Source of the DNA: Octopus sinensis
Taxonomy: Eukaryota
Assembly (NCBI RefSeq): GCF_006345805.1
Contig: NW_021832147.1
Location: forward strand, 1-31,949
Length of the DNA: 31,949 nt
Direction of reading: 5' to 3'
Shown: positions 1-11,109 of the stretch, in pieces
Layout of the letters: every line of letters begins with the position of its first letter
Numbering within the stretch: position 1 is the stretch's first letter
Translations under genes and position numbers: made by a program
The notes under the pieces: model-generated
Databases searched by the model: none
The model's input: the letters and a program-made list of their open reading frames with translations, nothing else
Told to the model about the DNA's origin: nothing

Positions 1-292
1 AGAGGAAGACAAGGAGAGAGAGAGTGAGGACATAGCAAGCTGCACCCAGTAGACTATGAAAGTTCTTGGCCCAACCCAATCACATGCACTAAAATGGTCT
101 GAGATTCTTTAAACTAGGAAACTCCCAAGACACTCCTTTTGGATAAGTCACCAGCTTTCCCCCCCCCACTCCCCGCATTCTTTCTATTATCCCGACAATA
201 CTCCATTCCATTACGCCTTATGGTCTAAACCAGCATTTTCCAACTTTTGTAACCCTTGCGGAACCTTTCAAATAACCCCATTCACCACCAGT

Positions 293-367
293 GTTTCACT
301 GGTACTTAATTTATCGACCCCGGAAAGATGAGAGATAAAGTCGACCTCGGCAGAATTTGAACACTGA
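293..367 (-). mobile_element. Fragment of Meta-type tRNA-SINE (family B)
   Basis: CTGGTACTTAATTTATCGACCCC...AAAGTCGACCTCGGCAGAATTTGAA is the reverse complement of the body at 2015-2250. Confidence 0.75.
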
Positions 368-409
368 TATAAAACACACACACACACACACACATGTTGT
401 TGATTGTTC

Positions 410-650
410 CTTCTCGAGCCATACCTGTCTCATAAGGGCCGGTTTCCCGGTTTCATTGACGTATAGGTTCCCACCTGGACGGGACGCCGGTCCGTCGCAG
501 GTGAGCTGCAAGATGCAGGAGGAAAGACTGAGAGAAAGTTGTGGAGAAAGTGTCAGCAGAAGTTCGCCATTACCTTCTATCGGAGCCGCGTGGAGCTTAG
601 GTGTTTCGCTCATAAACACATACATCGCCCGGTCTGAGATTCAAACACTC
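410..650 (-). mobile_element. tRNA-derived SINE (family C), partial
   Basis: Reverse complement contains CTGCGACGGACCGGCGTCCCGTCCAGG and GAAACCGGGAAACCGGCCCTTATGAG, resembling 3' domains of invertebrate SINEs as I recall them. A B-box-like remnant lies near 630-645. Confidence 0.5.
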
Positions 651-945
651 GCTTCCTCCACGCACACACGTATATAGTAAGGTTATATTCTATTAAGAGG
701 GTAAAAGGGTACAGCATAATGCTCGATCACCTTCAGATTTCACCCGGTGTCAGTAGTAGTATTATACGTACTGTTTGATTTGCGTTGGGGCATCACTAGA
801 TGTCATAATGCAAGAAAACGGTTACATAACCAAATGCCAGCAGACTTGGAGAACTACGTTGTGTGGAAACAATTGTAGTGATTACAAATAAACGTTCCTC
901 TGTACTCCTTGTTGACTCCAATTATATATATATATATTATATATA

Positions 946-982
<37 letters not shown>

Positions 983-986
<4 letters not shown>

Positions 987-1197
987 ACCCCGCTCCAAAG
1001 CGAAGAACAAACACAAGAAAAAAACAACACGCGAGGATGTGGTACATGTAAGTATTAGCAGACGCTCAGGGAAGGAAAGAAAGGTGGTTTTACGTTTCGA
1101 GCAACGCCCTTCTTCAGAAACAGGAGACGGAGGAAAGTCCAAGAAAAGAGGAAGACGGAGGGAAAAAATCGCCACCGATCCACATGTGGTTACATTA
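983..1197 (-). mobile_element. ~200-bp hammerhead-bearing dispersed element (Penelope-like terminal-repeat derivative), copy 1
   Basis: Shares GACGCTCAGG, ACGTTTCGAGC and GGAAAAAATCGCCA...GTGGTTACAT with the copies at 6110, 9499, 12470 and 13315. Flanked by (TA)n on both sides. Confidence 0.65.
1087..1121 (-). ncRNA. Minimal type I hammerhead ribozyme motif, canonical core
   Basis: Minus strand reads GUUU CUGAAGA A GGGC GUU GCUC GAAA CG U A AAAC. Stem I is GUUU/AAAC, stem II is GGGC/GCUC, helix III is the palindromic ACGU, and the NUH site is GUA (predicted cut between 1091 and 1090). Confidence 0.7.
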
Positions 1198-1228
1198 TAT
1201 ACCTGGAAATGGATGCGTCGCGTTCAAT

Positions 1229-1267
<39 letters not shown>

Positions 1268-1592
1268 TCACATATGGGTGAAAGACGTCACCAACGGTGC
1301 AATAACATGAAATACGTAAACAACGAGAAAAAATGGAAAACAGGACAGCACAGAGTTGTCCGCTATCTACCTACTCCTCATTTCGAGCATTCAAGTGAGT
1401 GGATAAAACACTCGGCACTTGACTCAAGAAGGGCACTCAACCAATGTACTGGGAGTTACAATGTATGGATAAAAACAGTTTGGTCCATGTGTGTGTGTGT
1501 GTGTGTATGTGTGTGTGTGTGTATGTGTGTGTGTGTGTGTATGTGTGTGTGTGTGTTTGTATGTATATAGTGCACGTGGGAAAGTATGGTGC

Positions 1593-1984
1593 CATTGTTC
1601 TCAACCATTTGTTTTTTTTTTACCTAAGGACCCTTTTCATTACTAGTTTATTCTGTTTGCCCCCACCCCATGGTTTAAAAAGTAATTTTACAGTTAATTC
1701 TTTCAAATTTCTTATTTTGTTTTTCACTCGTTCACTTATGTCGGTTTGCAAAAGCGCGATCTAAGAGAACGTTTCAATGGCCGGAAATGCGTAAGGTTAT
1801 CTAAAAACATTAGAGAGAGAAAATAAAAACCTAGCTGTTTTTTGCAATAATTACACTCATGATCCAAAGCCAAATTTTGTCATAGACCGTTAAAACACTA
1901 TTTAAAACACCCCGAATTTACCATTTTGCTTGCGTGAACCTCTGACCCCCAGGGGTTATAAAGACCCAAGCTGAGAACCTTTAC
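1593..1984. mobile_element. Degenerate hAT-like MITE
   Basis: The ends CATTGTTCTCAACC and GCTGAGAACCTTTAC resemble the CAGTGGTTCTCAACC/GGTTGAGAACCACTG termini of hAT (Charlie-type) elements. No coding capacity. Confidence 0.45.
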
Positions 1985-2014
1985 AATAGTGTATGGTCCT
2001 TATCATGCTTGAAA

Positions 2015-2853
2015 GGTGACGAGCTGGCAGAAACGTTAGCACGCCGGCCGGAATGCTTCACGGTATTTCGTCTGCCGTTACGTTCTGAGTTCAAATTCCG
2101 CGAGGTCGACTTTGCCATTCATCCTTTCGGGGTCAATTAAATAAGTACCAGTTACGCAATAGAGTCGATAAAATCGACTTAATCCGTTTGTCTGTCCTTG
2201 TTTGTCCTCTCTGTGTTTAGCCCCTTGTGGGTAGTAAAGAAATAGGTATTTCGTCTGCCGTTACGTTCTGAGTCCAAATTCCGCCGAGGTCGACTTTGCC
2301 TTTCATCCTTTCGGGGACGATTAAATAAGTACCAGTTACGCACTAGGGTTGTGTCGATATAATGAACTTAATCCGTTTGTCTGTCCTTGTTTGTCCTCTC
2401 TGTGTTTAGCCCCTTGTGGGTAGTAAAGAAATAGGTATTTCGTCTGCCGTTACGTTCTGAGTCCAAATTCCGCCGAGGTCGACTTTGCCTTTCATCCTTT
2501 CGGAGTCGATTAAATAAGTACCAGTTACGCACTGGGGTCGACTTAATCTGTTTGTCTGTCCTTGTTTGTCTTCTCTGTGTTTAGCCCCTTGTGGGTAGTA
2601 AAGAAATAGGTATTTCATCTGCCGCGAGCTGGCAGAAACATTAGCACCCCGGGTGTGATGCTTAGTGGTATTTCGTCTGCCCATGCGTTCTGAGTTCAAA
2701 TTCCACCGAGGTCGACTTTGCCTTTCATCCTTTCGGGGGTCGATTAAATAAGTACCAGTTACGCACTGGGGACGACATAATCGATTCAATCCGTTTGTCT
2801 GTCCTTGTTTGTCCTCTCTGTGTTTAGCCCCTTGTGGGTAGTAAAGAAATAGG
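2015..2853 (+). mobile_element. Head-to-tail tetramer of Meta-type tRNA-SINE (family B)
   Basis: Units run ~2015-2245 (with head), 2246-2434 and 2435-2610 (headless) and 2624-2853 (with head). The B box is GAGTTCAAATTCC and the Meta-like core is GAGGTCGACTTTGCCTTTCATCCTTTCGGGGTCG. The 12-mer GTATGGTCCTTA occurs at both 1991-2002 and 2854-2865. Confidence 0.9.
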
Positions 2854-3450
2854 GTATGGTCCTTAAACACTCAGCACTTGACTCACGTTCCCTAACTCTT
2901 CTGTTGCCGGTTAACATATATATATAAGTGTGTGCTTGTATCTTCAACCACACACATATATAATCTAGGAGCATTGTCTATCTGTTCATCACAACCACCA
3001 CCACCACCACCACCATCGCAGTATATCCTCCCCGCCCCGCCGCCTTCAAACCCCCACCATCCGGCCCTGACCCAAATCCACTGTTATCCAATAACCTAAT
3101 ACTACCACATCTAAAAACCTTTTCTACTATTTTCCCACGCTCTTACTTAAACTGCATCTTCCCCCCCCCCCACCTTCACATTACCCCACCTCACTTCATC
3201 TCTCACCACATCTTTCTATCTATCTATCTGTCTATGTATCTGCTATCTATCTGCCTCTCCGTCCCTCACTCACCTTTCTCTCTCCCTCTCTCTCTCACTC
3301 TTTCTCTCATCACCTCTGTTCTGACTCGATGTCTCTAACATCGTTCTCTCTTTCATCTCTTCTTTCTTTCTTTCTCTTTTCTCTCTCCTTTCCCACCTTA
3401 TTCGAACTCATCCTTTTGCTTTAACCAACAGTGTAAATACACACACACAC

Positions 3451-3498
<48 letters not shown>

Positions 3499-3528
3499 TA
3501 CACACAGATAAGTAATATAAATATTTTG

Positions 3529-3913
3529 GCTTGCTTACCAGCCACATGGTTCTGGGTTCAGTTCCACTGCGTGGCACCATGGGCAAGTGTCTTCTACTAT
3601 AGCCTCGGGCCGACCAAAGCCTTGTGAGTGGATTTGGTAGGCGGAAACTGAAAGAAGCCCGTCGTATACATGTATATATATATATATATATGTATGTGTG
3701 TGCGTATGTTTGTGTTTCTGTGTTTGTCCCCCCAGCATTGCTTGACAACCGATGCTGGTGTGTTTATGCCCCCGTCTCTTAGCGGTTCGGCAAAAGAGAC
3801 CGATAGAATAAGTACGGCTTACAAGAATAAGTCCCGGGTCGAGTTGCTCGATTAAAGGCGGTGCTCCAGCATGGCCGCAGTCAAATGACTGAAACAAGTA
3901 AAAGAGTAAAGAG
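3529..3913 (+). mobile_element. CORE-type tRNA-SINE (family A)
   Basis: B box GGGTTCAGTTCC, CORE-like GGCACCATGGGCAAGTG, internal (TA)n(TG)n and tail CTGAAACAAGTAAAAGAGTAAAGAG. Matches copies at 14022, 29587 and 30032. Confidence 0.9.
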
Positions 3914-3921
3914 TATAGAGT

Positions 3922-3952
<31 letters not shown>

Positions 3953-3972
3953 GGTAGTATGTTTATATTTTT

Positions 3973-4012
3973 GTCCAACCCATGCCAACACGGAAAGCAG
4001 ATGTAAATGATG
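3973..4012 (+). mobile_element. Short RTE-like 3' tail remnant
   Basis: GTCCAACCCATGCCAACACGGAAAGCAGATGTAAATGATG, with a related copy at 25940-25976. The RTE assignment is from recall. Confidence 0.4.
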
Positions 4013-4066
4013 TTTATATATTTAAATATATAGGTTTGTGCGTGTTTGTATACACAACACACACAC

Positions 4067-4097
<31 letters not shown>

Positions 4098-4243
4098 AAT
4101 ATAATATATATACACTGATATATATACGCATTTTACATGAATAGATAAATATGGTTGCACATTTTTCGAGCAACACGCATTCGGTAAGGCAACACTATAT
4201 CGAGTTTGTGTGTGTGTGTGTGTGTGAGTGTGTATGTGTGTGA

Positions 4244-4287
<44 letters not shown>

Positions 4288-5344
4288 TGCGCGCGCGTAA
4301 GATGTAATTAATAGTGGTGGTCTTTCAACAGCTCACAAGAAACAGCTGGAAAAACTCAGATTTCTCGTTACTGTTACGCATTCAACAACCTTAACAGATA
4401 TAACATATATACATACTATATATATACATACACACACACACCACACACACACACATACAATATATTATATATATTATATAGATATATATATATATATATC
4501 ATATATACAACCTACATACATACATACATATACATACTATATACATACATACATACATATGTGTGTGTATGTATGTATATATATATATATTATATATATA
4601 ATATATATAACACACAAAGACAAATAAATGATAGATATGTATGTACAGGCATATATGCGTATGTATATGTACGTGTGCATGTGTGTGTGAGTGTATATAT
4701 ATATATAGATATGTGTGTGTGTGTATGTGTATATATATATATCTTATAGAGTATATGTGCGTGTATGTGACGTATATAGGTGTGTGTGTGTGTGTGTGTG
4801 TGAGGGGCGGGGAGTGTGCATAATTCCTTTCTGTCTGATATCAGTCGTACCTAATGACCTAGATTATACGCATTCACTAAACTCAATTATATAAACAGCA
4901 CAACGCAGAAAAGTAATTAAACAATACTTTCGTAACTTCTCTCTCTCTCACTCACACACACACACACACAGAGGAATACACACACGAATGCTGACACAGA
5001 AATACGCAGATATTTATAACCCTTATTATTATATAGGCTCATACACAAACCTTTTACGCTAATTTATGTTTATCCTCCCATAAATACACACACACACACA
5101 CACACACACACATTTAGGCTTACGTAAGTATTCGTACGTATTCGCCACACATTCAGACTCGTTCCTCTCTCTCTTCCGGTTGTCCACTTAAAGCTGATAA
5201 CGAAGCTCCGCTTCATTAAGACTAAGAGATATAATAAAGCAACCGTCAGGTCATCGGCTCACAATTTCTGTCGTAGGTGGGATATGTAGGCGAATATAAT
5301 GGCGTGGTGTTGGTGGCCAGGGACCATTAGAGCGGATGTGATGA

Positions 5345-5579
5345 GGCGTCGAGCTGGCAGAATCGTTAGCACGCCGGGCAAAATGCTCAGCAGTATTTCG
5401 TCTGTCGCTACGTTCTGAGTTCAAATTCCACCGAGGTCGACCTTTGCCTTTTCTTTCGAAGTCGATTAAAATGCGTCTGTCCAGGTAAGCACAGGGGCGA
5501 GGATATCGACTTAATCCGTTTGTCTGTCCTTGTTTGTCCTCTCTGTGTTTTGCCCCTTGTGGGTAGTAAAGAAATAGGG
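5345..5579 (+). mobile_element. Full-length Meta-type SINE (family B) with target-site duplication
   Basis: Runs from the GGCGTCGAGCTGGCAG head to the AAAGAAATAGGG tail. TGTGATGAGG occurs at both 5337-5346 and 5580-5589. Confidence 0.9.
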
Positions 5580-6066
5580 TGTGATGAGGTGGGAGTTAGC
5601 CGGTACATTGGAAAGCCAACCCCGTGAATACATAACGAAGTCCTCATCCGCAATGGGGTAGCAATGAGTGTGTACCGTTCGGGGTAAACACTCGAGTTTG
5701 CCACCCCAGCAATGTAACCTATACAATAAGCATGGGGGACTTTTCTCCTCCGAAAAACGGGCTGCATGTGGCACAGCCCATCATCAGCGGACCGCTCTAC
5801 CAGAAAAATTCACGGTTAATTTTTGTTAGGCGTGACCGCAGTTTGCTCCAGACTGGTCTACAGGCTTGTACAGCAGACCCAATATTTCCGCCCTTATAAA
5901 GCGTGGTCCGGGTCAGACCGTAGTTCTCGCTCCCGCCCCTATTAGCTCCGCTACTGAACCATGAACGCACCCAAAATGCGTATCAGAAACAGATGTAAGT
6001 CTGTGATGCAGAAATAAATGTATAAAACGCATTATGTATGCCTTTTCCTTTTACACACACACACAC

Positions 6067-6107
<41 letters not shown>

Positions 6108-6109
6108 GT

Positions 6110-6313
6110 CAAAGAACAAGCAATTAAAAAAACAAAGGAAAAAAAAAAAACGAATGTTGAGTATGTGCACAAAGATCATAGTAATTTGACGCTGTGATGG
6201 AGAGAATTGTTAATGTTTCGAGCATAGCTCTCTTCATCGGAAAGAGTAAAAAGTCCAAAGAGAAAGAAAGAAAAATAAGGAAAGATCGCCAACAATCCAC
6301 GTGTGGTTATATT
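6110..6313 (-). mobile_element. Hammerhead-bearing element copy 2 (degenerate motif at ~6207-6244)
   Basis: Minus strand reads CUUU CCGAUGA AGA GAGC UAU GCUC GAAA CAUU. It also carries TTTGACGCT and GATCGCCAAC...GTGGTTATAT. Confidence 0.55.
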
Positions 6314-6508
6314 CCTGAAATACACAACATACACAAACATACATACATACATATTTATATTCATATTCATACATACATGTATGTATGAGTGCGTGTGTGT
6401 GCAGAGTGTGTGTATGTGTATGTGTGTGAGAGAGAGAGAGGGGGAGTGCGATCAGATCAACTGGAACCCCCGTCACCGTAATTGACAGAGAGCCAGTTTT
6501 ATTAATTA

Positions 6509-6552
<44 letters not shown>

Positions 6553-6902
6553 TTATTATTTATTATTTTATTATTATTGTTGTTGTTGTTGCTGCTGTTG
6601 TTGTTATTATTATTATTATATTTCATGGAGCTCATGTTACAGCTGAGCGGATTGGAGCAACGTGGAATGGTTTCCTCGAAGAGTACAAGACTTCGCCTTC
6701 ACCACTAAGTCACGTGCGCTTTCGCAAGAGAGGGTAACTCACAGAAACCAAAAAAAATAAATAAATAAACAAAAATAAAATAAAATAAAATAAAAGCAGA
6801 CTTTTGCGATGATTAGAGATCGATGAAATTAGTAATAAACTTAGAACAGGTTGGAGGGATGTTTTTAGACCGTCTGTTTAACATTAGTAGAAGAACTAAA
6901 GA

Positions 6903-6917
6903 AATACACACACACAC

Positions 6918-6960
<43 letters not shown>

Positions 6961-7316
6961 CTCTCTCTCTCTCTCACACACACAGACACTCTCACACACA
7001 CACACTCTCTCTCTCACACACACAGACACTCACAAACACACACAGACATTCTCACACACAGACACTCACACACACACAGACACACACACACACACACACA
7101 CAGACACACACAGACACTCACACACCACACAGACACACACAGACACTCTCACACACACACAGACACTCTCACACACACAGACACACCAGACACTCTCACA
7201 CACACAGACACTCACACACAGACACTCTCACATACACATACACACACACACACACACAGACACTCTCACACACACAGACACACAAACAGACACTCTCTCA
7301 CACACAGACACATACA
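6903..7316 (+). repeat. (CA)n-derived complex minisatellite (ACACAGACACTCTC-like units)
   Basis: Directly visible. Confidence 0.9.
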
Positions 7317-7559
7317 CGGTTGTGTGCGCGCGAACAAACCTAAACAGAAGTTTAAGAGTTGTGAATGGAATGAAGATCCCGAATTGAATGAATGAATGAG
7401 CGATCATGTAAACACACACACACACACACTCTCTCTCTCTCTTCTTCCCCCCACGCTACAGTACATACCTAACTTTGTAGTCATGCGGTTACACATATCG
7501 GGTGTACACACGCGCCTGTCACACACACACACATACACACACGGTTCAAAATTACACAA

Positions 7560-7645
7560 ACAACCGAAAAACAAAAGACAGAGGACAGGTGAGAGAACAA
7601 CAAACAAGGTGTGTTATATCGCTTGACGCTCAAGAAAAAAAATGG
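7560..7645 (-). mobile_element. Truncated fragment of the hammerhead-bearing element (no ribozyme core)
   Basis: AAAACAAAAGAC...TTGACGCTCAAGAAAAAAAATGGAA matches 13326-13398 and stops before the core. Confidence 0.45.
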
Positions 7646-7649
7646 AAGA

Positions 7650-7710
7650 CAGACAGACAGACAGATAGATAGATGATGGATGGATGGATGGATGGATGGA
7701 TGGATGGATG

Positions 7711-7764
<54 letters not shown>

Positions 7765-7776
7765 CAGATAGATAGT

Positions 7777-7827
<51 letters not shown>

Positions 7828-7869
7828 GTAGATAGATAGACAGACAGACAGATAGATGATGGATGGATG

Positions 7870-7919
<50 letters not shown>

Positions 7920-8041
7920 CAGATAGATAGATAGGTAGGTAGGTAGGTAGATAGATAGATAGGTAGGTAGATAGATAGACAGACAGATAGGTAAGACAGA
8001 CAGATAGATAGGTAAGACAGACAGACGGATATATATATATT

Positions 8042-8070
<29 letters not shown>
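7650..8070 (+). repeat. Compound (GACA)/(GGAT)/(GATA)/(TA) microsatellite
   Basis: Directly visible. Confidence 0.95.
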
Positions 8071-8074
<4 letters not shown>

Positions 8075-8594
8075 GGGGTAGATAAGAGTGGCTTTGATGT
8101 ATTTTAACGTAATTAGGAGTAAAGGTGTGTCGTTCGAATTCCAGAATATAATAATAAGTACAGTTTTCTATGCGGATCCTGTAAAACCCGTGATTGTAAC
8201 AAATATATACATATATATTTATATACACCCACCGCTTAAAAAAAAATTAGTAGGAAGTTGTTGGGGGGGGGGGATGGGGAATTAATATGGGTGAATATTG
8301 ATGAGACCGGTGAATAAAAACTTTGATGTTTAACATCTTAAAAATAAAAATTAAAAAAAGGGAAGTAGACATGGATGTTATGTGAGTAATTGTCGATGGG
8401 ATGGTCATTGTAGATCAGCTGAGTCAATCAAGGTTTGACCTAGGGTTAAACAAACACATTAACAACAACAACAATAGCGGCTTCACGTGTGAACGTGGAA
8501 GCTTATACATGGTTGCGTTGTCTGCTAAAAATAGCAGTCATTTCTCTCTCAAATCACGCCTTTCTGATGAAAGACATTGAATTGATGCGCGATA

Positions 8595-9012
8595 GGATCT
8601 TTTCGGTTTGATCGGCAGTTTTTAAAAATAATTTCCACGTAACTAAACACTTTTAAACTTCGTATACTGGTAGAATGTGTTTATAAAACATCTTTTTCTC
8701 TTGGCTTTATTGCGAAAATTCTATAGTTTGTAAGATATTTGGGTTTTTTTCTTCAATTTCTGCAATTTAAACCAATCAATGACGTCTATTGAGGTAAAAA
8801 AAACATTCTGTGCCGTATGAATATGTCCCTCGTTTAAGAAACAGATTGGGTTTATTTACATTTCTGAAGAAAAAAGATACCCTTTCCCCCACCCCTAACC
8901 CTAACCCCAAAACAGATTGAAATGCAATAGATCGATACTAGGGTCATAATTATGGGTAACAATTTCATATGACACCGCTAGAAAAAAACTGCCGTTCAAA
9001 CCGAAAAGATCC
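8595..9012. mobile_element. 418-bp MITE with 29-bp TIRs and an 8-bp TSD (Merlin-like, tentative)
   Basis: TIRs at 8595-8623 (GGATCTTTTCGGTTTGATCGGCAGTTTTT) and 8984-9012 differ by 1 mismatch. Flanks are GCGCGATA (8587-8594) and GCGCGATG (9013-9020). Confidence 0.85.
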
Positions 9013-9498
9013 GCGCGATGTATTGTTATTTATTTGTTCCAGAAAAATTGCAGAAAAAAGTTACTGAGCTTTTAAAGTTTGATGAGTTTTATCTAATCAG
9101 AAAACGGGACTTGGAAGCTGGCATTTTCTGCATGATAGTTGTTGTCTATCATTAAATGAAAGCAAAATCCTTACGAGGAAGACGTTTTATTAAGCAAACG
9201 AAAGCAAAGCATTACGGCAACCAAAGTTGTAAGAACTTCTGAAGTTTAAATAAGTTTTAATGAATGAAGTCATGTGAAATGGCCAAACAGACATGTAAAT
9301 AATAATAATAAAAAGACCTCAATGAAGTATTTTTTTGTGTGAAAAATTGCACAAATCTGTCCTGATCCAGAGGCCTGGCTGACGGGGAAGGCATGGACTT
9401 GACAAAAATTTATATAAGATATTTTATTGTAAAACTTGCCCAGCAACGACGGGCTATTCAGCTACTACATACACACACGATATATATATATATATGTC

Positions 9499-9699
9499 AA
9501 AATGTGACCGCGTGTGTATCGTTGGCGATTTTTTCCCTTTGTCTTCCCTTCTCTGGATCTTTCCTTCTCCTATGTTTCCGACGAAGAGCTCCGCTCGAAA
9601 CGTTAAACGCTCCTTCTTTCCTTCTTTCCTGAGCGTCCAATAACACTATATTTGTTCCACGTCCTCGCGTTTGTTTGTGTTTTTCTTTTTGGATTAACT
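9499..9699 (+). mobile_element. Hammerhead-bearing element copy 3
   Basis: Reverse-complement homolog of 983-1197 (TGTGACC...GGCGATTTTTTCCC...TTTCCTGAGCGTC...GTCCTCGCGT). Flanked by (TA)n. Confidence 0.7.
9573..9609 (+). ncRNA. Minimal type I hammerhead motif, U4C core variant
   Basis: Reads UGUUU CCGACGA A GAGC UCC GCUC GAAA CG U U AAACG. Stem I has 5 bp (one G-U), stem II has 4 bp, and the NUH site is GUU. Confidence 0.55.
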
Positions 9700-9720
9700 T
9701 TATATATATATATATATATA

Positions 9721-10021
9721 TTACTCTTTTACTCTTTTACTTGTTTCAGTCATTTGACTGCGGCCATGCTGGATCACCGCCTTTAGTCGAGGAGATCGAC
9801 CCCGGGACTTATTCTTTGTAAGCCCAGTACTTATTCTATCGGTCTCTTTTGCCGAACCGCTAAGTAACGGGAACGTAAACACACCAGCATCGGTTGTCAA
9901 GCAACGCTAGGGGGACAAACACAGACACACAAACACATACACACATACACACATACGACAGGCTTCTTTCTGTTTCCGTCTACCAAATCCACTCACAAGG
10001 CTTTGGTCGGCCCGAGGCTAT
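9721..10021 (-). mobile_element. CORE-type SINE (family A), 3' part, 5' end replaced by a family B copy
   Basis: Reverse complement of the tail and body of 3529-3913, ending at GGCCCGAGGCTA next to the family B tail. Confidence 0.88.
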
Positions 10022-10315
10022 GTTTCTTTATTACCCACAAGGGGCTAAACATAGAGGGGACAAACAAGGACAGACAAACGAATTAAGTCGATTACATCGA
10101 CCCCAGTGCGTAACTGGTACTTAATTTATCGACCCCAGTGCGTAATTGGTACTTAGTTTATCGACCCCAGTGCGTAACTGGCACTTAGTTTATCGACCCC
10201 GAAAGGATGAAAGGCAAAGTCGACCTCGGCGGAATTTGAACTCTGAACGTAACGGCAGATGAAATACGGCTACGCATTTCGCCCGGCGTGCTAACGATTC
10301 TGCCAGCTCGGCGCC
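10022..10315 (-). mobile_element. Meta-type SINE (family B) with an internal 32-nt triplication
   Basis: Head ends at GCCAGCTCGGCGCC (10315). The unit ATCGACCCCAGTGCGTAACTGGTACTTAATTT starts at 10096, 10128 and 10160. Confidence 0.9.
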
Positions 10316-10544
10316 TTATATATTATATATATACAATACACAAGCTGGTGCTGAAACGTTCCTCGCTTTTGGTAAATGAAAATACAGAAGAAGGATCAGT
10401 TAATTCTGATTTCATTCAGATTCAGACACTTATTGCAACGGTCCTTCAATTTTCTAATCCCTGTAAAAAAAAAAAAATTGGAAGGTCGGGCTCAAGCCAG
10501 TTCCTTCGCGATACCCTAAAATCCAGGAATTTTTCAGCGCCTCT

Positions 10545-10769
<225 letters not shown>

Positions 10770-10770
<1 letters not shown>

Positions 10771-10922
10771 TGTTTCTATTTGTCCGTTTCCACTGTTTGA
10801 CAAACGGTGTTTGTTTGTTTACGCTTCGGTAACTTTGCGGTTTGGCAAAAGATGCGCGATAGAATTAAGATTGGATGCATTCGATAGCAGAGATCTGTTC
10901 GACGAGCACTGCCTGGGGTTAA
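10770..10922 (+). mobile_element. Old divergent family A-related SINE 3' portion
   Basis: TTTGACAAACGGTGTTTG...CGGTAACTTTGCGGTTTGGCAAAAGA...GATAGAATTAAG aligns loosely with family A. Confidence 0.55.
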
Positions 10923-11109
10923 ATATAACAACAACAACAGCAATAGCAACAGCAACAACAACAGTAGCAGCAGCAGCAGCAGCAGAAAGACAGTAGTCTT
11001 AAAATGGCAGTCGCCGTTGCTATTTCTGTTGTTCGTTGCTATTTTCTCTGCTGCCCTATTAGCAACACCTGTGCACGTTGGAAGAGTCACGTGTATTTGA
11101 TGTATTTAC

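Noticed and set aside
5194-5220. CTGATAA-GAAGC-TCC-GCTTC hairpin resembling a hammerhead half
   Set aside because: G8 is lost and there is no GAAA after stem II.
8893-8907. Interstitial telomere
   Set aside because: Only 2.5 units, and they lie inside a MITE.
10096-10200. CRISPR-like 32-nt repeats
   Set aside because: The units are contiguous with no unique spacers, lie inside a SINE, and the context is eukaryotic with no cas genes.
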